A stretch of DNA of 64,000 nt, taken from Haloplanus sp. (GTDB lineage: Archaea > Halobacteriota > Halobacteria > Halobacteriales > Haloferacaceae). The stretch spans positions 1,615 through 65,614 of the forward strand of contig JBDGTR010000017.1 in NCBI GenBank assembly GCA_042216635.1, given 5' to 3'. The position numbers and the translations under genes were made by a program. Below are positions 59,942-64,000 of the stretch, piece after piece. Numbering within the stretch: position 1 is the stretch's first letter; each line of letters starts with the position of its first letter. The notes under the pieces are model-generated. The model searched no databases. It saw nothing but the letters and a program-made list of their open reading frames with translations, and was not told where the DNA came from.

Positions 59942-59945
59942 GTTT

Positions 59946-60404
59946 TCACGCGCTGACGACCGTCGTCCCTGCCAGTCTGTCACCGAGTCGTTGCTTCCGC
60001 TCAGAGACAACGGTTCCAACGATTCCGACGAGGTACAATCCGGGTAACCAATCGACGAGGCGCACGACGTTCCGAACCACTGATTCGCCGAGAGTGGGCG
60101 AGGAGCCGTCGACCGCCGTCACCCGAATATTCACCAGCGCCTTCCCGATAGTCTTCCCAAACCGCCACTCGAGGACCGTGTGATACCCGAGCGCAAGCAC
60201 GAACCACAGAATCAACGAGATCGCCGCGGGAGCACCGCTCAAATTCGCGTTCATCCCCTGCGCCCCCGTCGCGAGGTGGCCCGTGAACGTACCCGTGGCG
60301 AGCGTCGCGACGAACAGGAGCGCAATCCACACGAACGAATCGATACCGATAGCCACACCGCGAATACCGATACCACAGCAGTCAGCCGGGTCTGTCAGAT
60401 CCAT
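59946..60404 (-). CDS. RDD family membrane protein
   Basis: RGVAIGID...GKTIGK...RNVVRLVD...QRLGDRLAGTTVV. Confidence 0.9.
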   Translation of the reverse strand: MDLTDPADCCGIGIRGVAIGIDSFVWIALLFVATLATGTFTGHLATGAQGMNANLSGAPAAISLILWFVLALGYHTVLEWRFGKTIGKALVNIRVTAVDGSSPTLGESVVRNVVRLVDWLPGLYLVGIVGTVVSERKQRLGDRLAGTTVVSA

Positions 60405-60449
60405 GCTTAGTAGAGACGTGGAGGTACAGTCATAAACAACTGAGAGCGG

Positions 60450-60468
60450 CGTTTCTACACCGGAAACG
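60450..60468. promoter_or_regulatory. YGTTTC-N7-GAAACR palindrome, site 6
   Basis: GCGTTTC-TACACCG-GAAACGC, 14 bp upstream of TTTATG (minus strand, 60431-60436). Confidence 0.75.
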
Positions 60469-60748
60469 CGTGACACTCGCCAGCACAGTGGTGCTCGGGG
60501 TGTACCTTCGGTCACTGTGTCTCCTCGGGACGCATCACCCACAGCCTCAGCAGGGCTGGTACCTCCGGACCGAGTTTCGGAACCGGAGTGGTGTCCGATG
60601 ACGCCGCACGATTTCGTATTGGAACCTCGGTCGACAGGCACTCTACTCGGGTTCGTGATCTGCCATACTTGGTCGAATTCGTAGCGCACGATGACTCATC
60701 GGGCTAAGTACTGCCATATTTTTTACCACGGCACAGAGACCCATCTCC

Positions 60749-62383
60749 ATGGCGCTCCCACTTCGAGACGGTATCTTCCTGGTAGCCGCCGTCTCCGGAG
60801 TGTGGCTCTGCTGGCTCGGCCTGTACAGCTATCGCCGGTGGCGCGTGCCCGGGATCGTCCCGTTCGCGGCCGTCTCCGTGATCCTCGGATGCAGCGCGAT
60901 AGCCGGAACGCTGTTCGCTATCGCGTGGGGTGCGACCGTCCCGGAGACGGTCGTCCCTCGCTGGTCCGATATCGGACTAGTCGGCTGGGCAATTGCCATG
61001 ATACCCTGGTTCGTCTTCTCGCTCCAGTACACCGGCCGTCGAATCCAGTTCCGACGGCGAACGGTGCTCGCGCTATCGGCGCCAGTCGTCGGGATAAATC
61101 TCCTCCTCGCGGTACGCGTGTTCGACGTCGTCGGGATCTCCGTGGTGACACAGATCTTCGCGACGCTCTCGCTCCTCTACCTGTTCGCGCTCGTCACCGT
61201 CGGGGGGTACCTGCTCATGCGAACGACCTACGAGTACGGACATCTATCGCTCGTTCAGGGACTCTGTCTCACGCTCGCCGGAGTCGCTCCCCTGATCCTC
61301 CTCAACACCATCAGCACGCTCGCGGGCGAGACGGCCGACGTGGTCGTCTTCGCCGTCTACGCCGCCGCGTTCGTGATCCCGGCCGGCTGCCTCTCGATCG
61401 CGGTCTTCCGCTACCGGATGTTCGAGTCGACACCAGCTATTGGGGCGCTCGGTGAACGCGCCATCCCCCGCGAGCTCGACGACCTCGTCGTCGTCGTCGA
61501 TCGGGACGGGCGCGTGATCAAACTCAACGAGGCGGCGGTCCAAACGCTGTGCGACTCGCCAGTCGGTCCGCTCGGCGAGCCGCTGTCGTCAGTGATCCCC
61601 CACGGGATTCAGACGCTGAGGGACGCCGAGTCGGTCGAACTCGAGACCAGCGCGGGCCGGCGGAAGTTCGACCCGGAGGTGACGGGGTTCACGGACCAGT
61701 ACGACCGTCCGCTCGGGTCGCTGCTGAGTCTGCGTGACGTCACCGACCGCGAACTCCGAAAACAGCGCCTCGAGGTGCTGAACCGCGTCCTCAGGCACAA
61801 CATCCGCAACCAGGTCGACGTGATCAAGAGCAACGCCGAGGCAGTCGCGGCGGAGACGGAGAGGGACTACCCCGGGACGATACGGGACGCGGCGGACGAA
61901 CTGGCCGACCTCGGGGCGACCGCCCGCGAGATCGACCGGCTCGTCTCCCGAGAGCCCGACGAGTCAGCGGCCGATCTGTCGAGCGTCGTTCGAGAACTCG
62001 CTCCGTCCCACGCGGAGATTTCGGTGACGCTCGACCTCCCGGAGAGCGCACCGCTGGTCACGGACTGGGAGGCGCTCCGCGTCGCGCTGGAGCCCGCCAT
62101 CGCGAACGCCGTCGAGCACGCAGACACCTCGATCCGGATTGGAGTCGAGGGCCGACCCGCGGGCTACACCATCCGCATTACCGACGACGGGGCGGGCATC
62201 CCGGACGCCGAACTCGCAGCGCTCGACGCCGAGACCGAGACGCCGCTCCGACACGGCACGGGACTCGGCCTCTGGCAACTCAAGTGGGGAGTCACGAAGC
62301 TCAACGGGGACGTGTCGTTCGACACGACGGAGGGAACGACGGTCCGGATCGACGTCCCGGACAGAGACGCGTCGTCCCCGTGA
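60749..62383 (+). CDS. 7TM-PAS sensor histidine kinase
   Basis: Same architecture as 58292: VLNRVLRHNIRN, DDGAGI and GTGLGLW. Confidence 0.9.
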   Translation: MALPLRDGIFLVAAVSGVWLCWLGLYSYRRWRVPGIVPFAAVSVILGCSAIAGTLFAIAWGATVPETVVPRWSDIGLVGWAIAMIPWFVFSLQYTGRRIQFRRRTVLALSAPVVGINLLLAVRVFDVVGISVVTQIFATLSLLYLFALVTVGGYLLMRTTYEYGHLSLVQGLCLTLAGVAPLILLNTISTLAGETADVVVFAVYAAAFVIPAGCLSIAVFRYRMFESTPAIGALGERAIPRELDDLVVVVDRDGRVIKLNEAAVQTLCDSPVGPLGEPLSSVIPHGIQTLRDAESVELETSAGRRKFDPEVTGFTDQYDRPLGSLLSLRDVTDRELRKQRLEVLNRVLRHNIRNQVDVIKSNAEAVAAETERDYPGTIRDAADELADLGATAREIDRLVSREPDESAADLSSVVRELAPSHAEISVTLDLPESAPLVTDWEALRVALEPAIANAVEHADTSIRIGVEGRPAGYTIRITDDGAGIPDAELAALDAETETPLRHGTGLGLWQLKWGVTKLNGDVSFDTTEGTTVRIDVPDRDASSP

Positions 62384-62417
62384 GCGTCCGTCGAACGGCC
62401 GCTTGGGCACTCGTCCG

Positions 62418-63302
62418 CTAGATGTCGGAGCGGCTGAACCGGACGTATCCGAGAACCGAGGGGAGGAGAGCCCAGGCCGCAAGCGTCACCGCCGCGAACC
62501 AGTCGTGGAGGTAGAACGGGAGTGGGCCCTGTACCCGGTTCGACACCGAGAGTTCCGCGGCGGTCGTGCCCTTCGGTATCTCCTCGATGCCCCAGACGAA
62601 CAGTTGTGAGACGTGTACCGGGACGGCGCCTTGCGCGAGCGCCCGGAAGGCCGCGATCGGGCTGAGGCGCTTCAGCAGGAAGTACCACGGTTCGGCGTGG
62701 AGTCCGGGACGAGAGCCGGTGAGTACGGTGTAGACGCCCGCAGAGGCCGCGTCCCAGAACACGAGCACCGCGAGGAACGACCCGATCGCCAGCGCCATCG
62801 CCTTCCCGCGGGTGCTCACCGAGGCCGAGATGCCGACCGCGAGTCCGGCGAACGCGACGCCGAACAGCACGATCGAGCCGAGGAGCCCCGCGACGTTCCC
62901 GAGGTCGGGCGACGCGACCAGCAGCGACACGAGCAGGACGCTCACCGTCGACCCGACGCCGAGCGTGACCGTGATGACGGCGCTCCGACCGAGGAGCTTC
63001 CCGAGGACCACGTCCAGCCGCGAGTGGGGGTAACTCAGCAGGACGCGCAGGCTGCCGGTTCGGCGCTCGCCGACCACGGCCATGTAGCCCGCGATCAGCG
63101 CGATCAGCGGCACGAAGAGCTGCCCGAGCATGGCCGTGAGTGCGAGCGCCTCGCCGCCCGTCGCGTCGCCAGCGTCCGCGGTGCCGAGCGCGACCACGAG
63201 CACGACGCCCATGAAGCCGACGAACGCGACCATGATTCCCCAGAGCATCCGCGACCGAACCGCATCCTCGAAGTCCTTTCGCGCGACCTGGGTCCAGGTC
63301 AT
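62418..63302 (-). CDS. ABC-2 type permease (NosY-like)
   Basis: VARKDFEDAVRS, GERRTGSLRVLLSYP and GKLLGR motifs. Confidence 0.9.
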   Translation of the reverse strand: MTWTQVARKDFEDAVRSRMLWGIMVAFVGFMGVVLVVALGTADAGDATGGEALALTAMLGQLFVPLIALIAGYMAVVGERRTGSLRVLLSYPHSRLDVVLGKLLGRSAVITVTLGVGSTVSVLLVSLLVASPDLGNVAGLLGSIVLFGVAFAGLAVGISASVSTRGKAMALAIGSFLAVLVFWDAASAGVYTVLTGSRPGLHAEPWYFLLKRLSPIAAFRALAQGAVPVHVSQLFVWGIEEIPKGTTAAELSVSNRVQGPLPFYLHDWFAAVTLAAWALLPSVLGYVRFSRSDI

Positions 63303-64000
63303 GCCGTCACCTCCCGCTTCCGCCCCTCGCCATCTTCGTCGACGACGGCGTCTTCGTCGAACGTGACTGCGCCGTCGCCCGTGGTGTAGGCCGTGAACAG
63401 TTCCTCGAGCGAGGCCGACTCTACGCCCACGTCGACGACGTCGTGGCCGCGGCCGACCGCGTCGGCGACGACGCGGGCCTTGGTCCGCGAGTCGGTGCAG
63501 GTCACGTGTAGCTGGTTGCCACGCGTCTCGACGCGCTCGACGCCGTCGTCGTCGGCGAGGTCGACCGGGTCGGTGTCGCCCATCGTCAACACGAGCGTCG
63601 ACTGGGCGCCCGCGGCCTCGCGGAGGCCGTCGACGGTGTCGACCGCGACGAGTTCCCCATCGGCGAGGATGCCGACCCGATCACAGACCGCCTCGACCTG
63701 GCCGAGGACGTGACTCGAGAAGAACACGGTCGTCCCGCGTTCGGCTTCCGCCCTGACGATCTCCCGGAGCCGGCGTATGCCGTTCGGGTCCAGCCCCGAG
63801 GAGGGCTCGTCGAGCACGAGCAGGTCGGGGTCGCCGACCAGCGCCATCGCGAGCGCGAGGCGCTGAGTCATGCCCTTGGAGTACTCGCCGACGGGCCGAG
63901 CGGCGTCTGCAGGGTCGAGCCCCACGCGTTCGAGGAGGGCGTCCGCGTCGTCGTCGGCGTCACGCCACTCGACCGCGAACTCCAGGTTCCGCCGCCCGGT
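63299..64000 (-). CDS. ABC transporter ATP-binding protein, 3' part (start outside the window)
   Basis: YSKGMTQR, LDEPSSGLDP and FFSSH motifs. Confidence 0.9.
   Translation of the reverse strand, partial: TGRRNLEFAVEWRDADDDADALLERVGLDPADAARPVGEYSKGMTQRLALAMALVGDPDLLVLDEPSSGLDPNGIRRLREIVRAEAERGTTVFFSSHVLGQVEAVCDRVGILADGELVAVDTVDGLREAAGAQSTLVLTMGDTDPVDLADDDGVERVETRGNQLHVTCTDSRTKARVVADAVGRGHDVVDVGVESASLEELFTAYTTGDGAVTFDEDAVVDEDGEGRKREVTA

Noticed and set aside
1-64000. tRNA, rRNA, intact transposase or defence-system genes
   Set aside because: No recognisable signatures on manual reading; tRNAscan-SE, Infernal and HMM searches would be needed to exclude them.

Overview
High-GC haloarchaeal (Halobacteria-type) chromosomal DNA, judged from acidic proteins, TAT lipoproteins, HalOD1/HalX/HTH-10 families and leaderless TATA promoters. 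1-37.7 kb is very GC-rich and holds metabolic and transport genes (enoyl-CoA hydratase, SDR, flavin amine oxidase, Nramp, TspO, a split Liv-type ABC system, a BioY ECF transporter), a HEAT-repeat gene and a type IV pilus-like operon (ATPase, platform protein, four prepilin-like genes). A fifth prepilin-like gene sits 35 kb away on the opposite strand. From ~37.8 kb the DNA is visibly less GC-rich and accessory-like. It carries two inverted 111-bp MITE copies, two orphan IS200/IS605 (TnpB-type) right ends, secreted proteins and a dense signalling cluster (three histidine kinases, a HalX response regulator, a PAS-GAF-HTH10 activator). Top finding: a palindrome YGTTTC-N7-GAAACR occurs six times in 50.5-60.5 kb, each 10-14 bp upstream of a TATA-like box. 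It marks AIM24, DUF6159-like, RDD and two small membrane genes, and possibly two kinase leaders, as a candidate self-contained regulon of the local HTH-10 activator. I saw no rRNA, tRNA, CRISPR array or intact transposase. Family names come from motif recognition and recall, not database searches.
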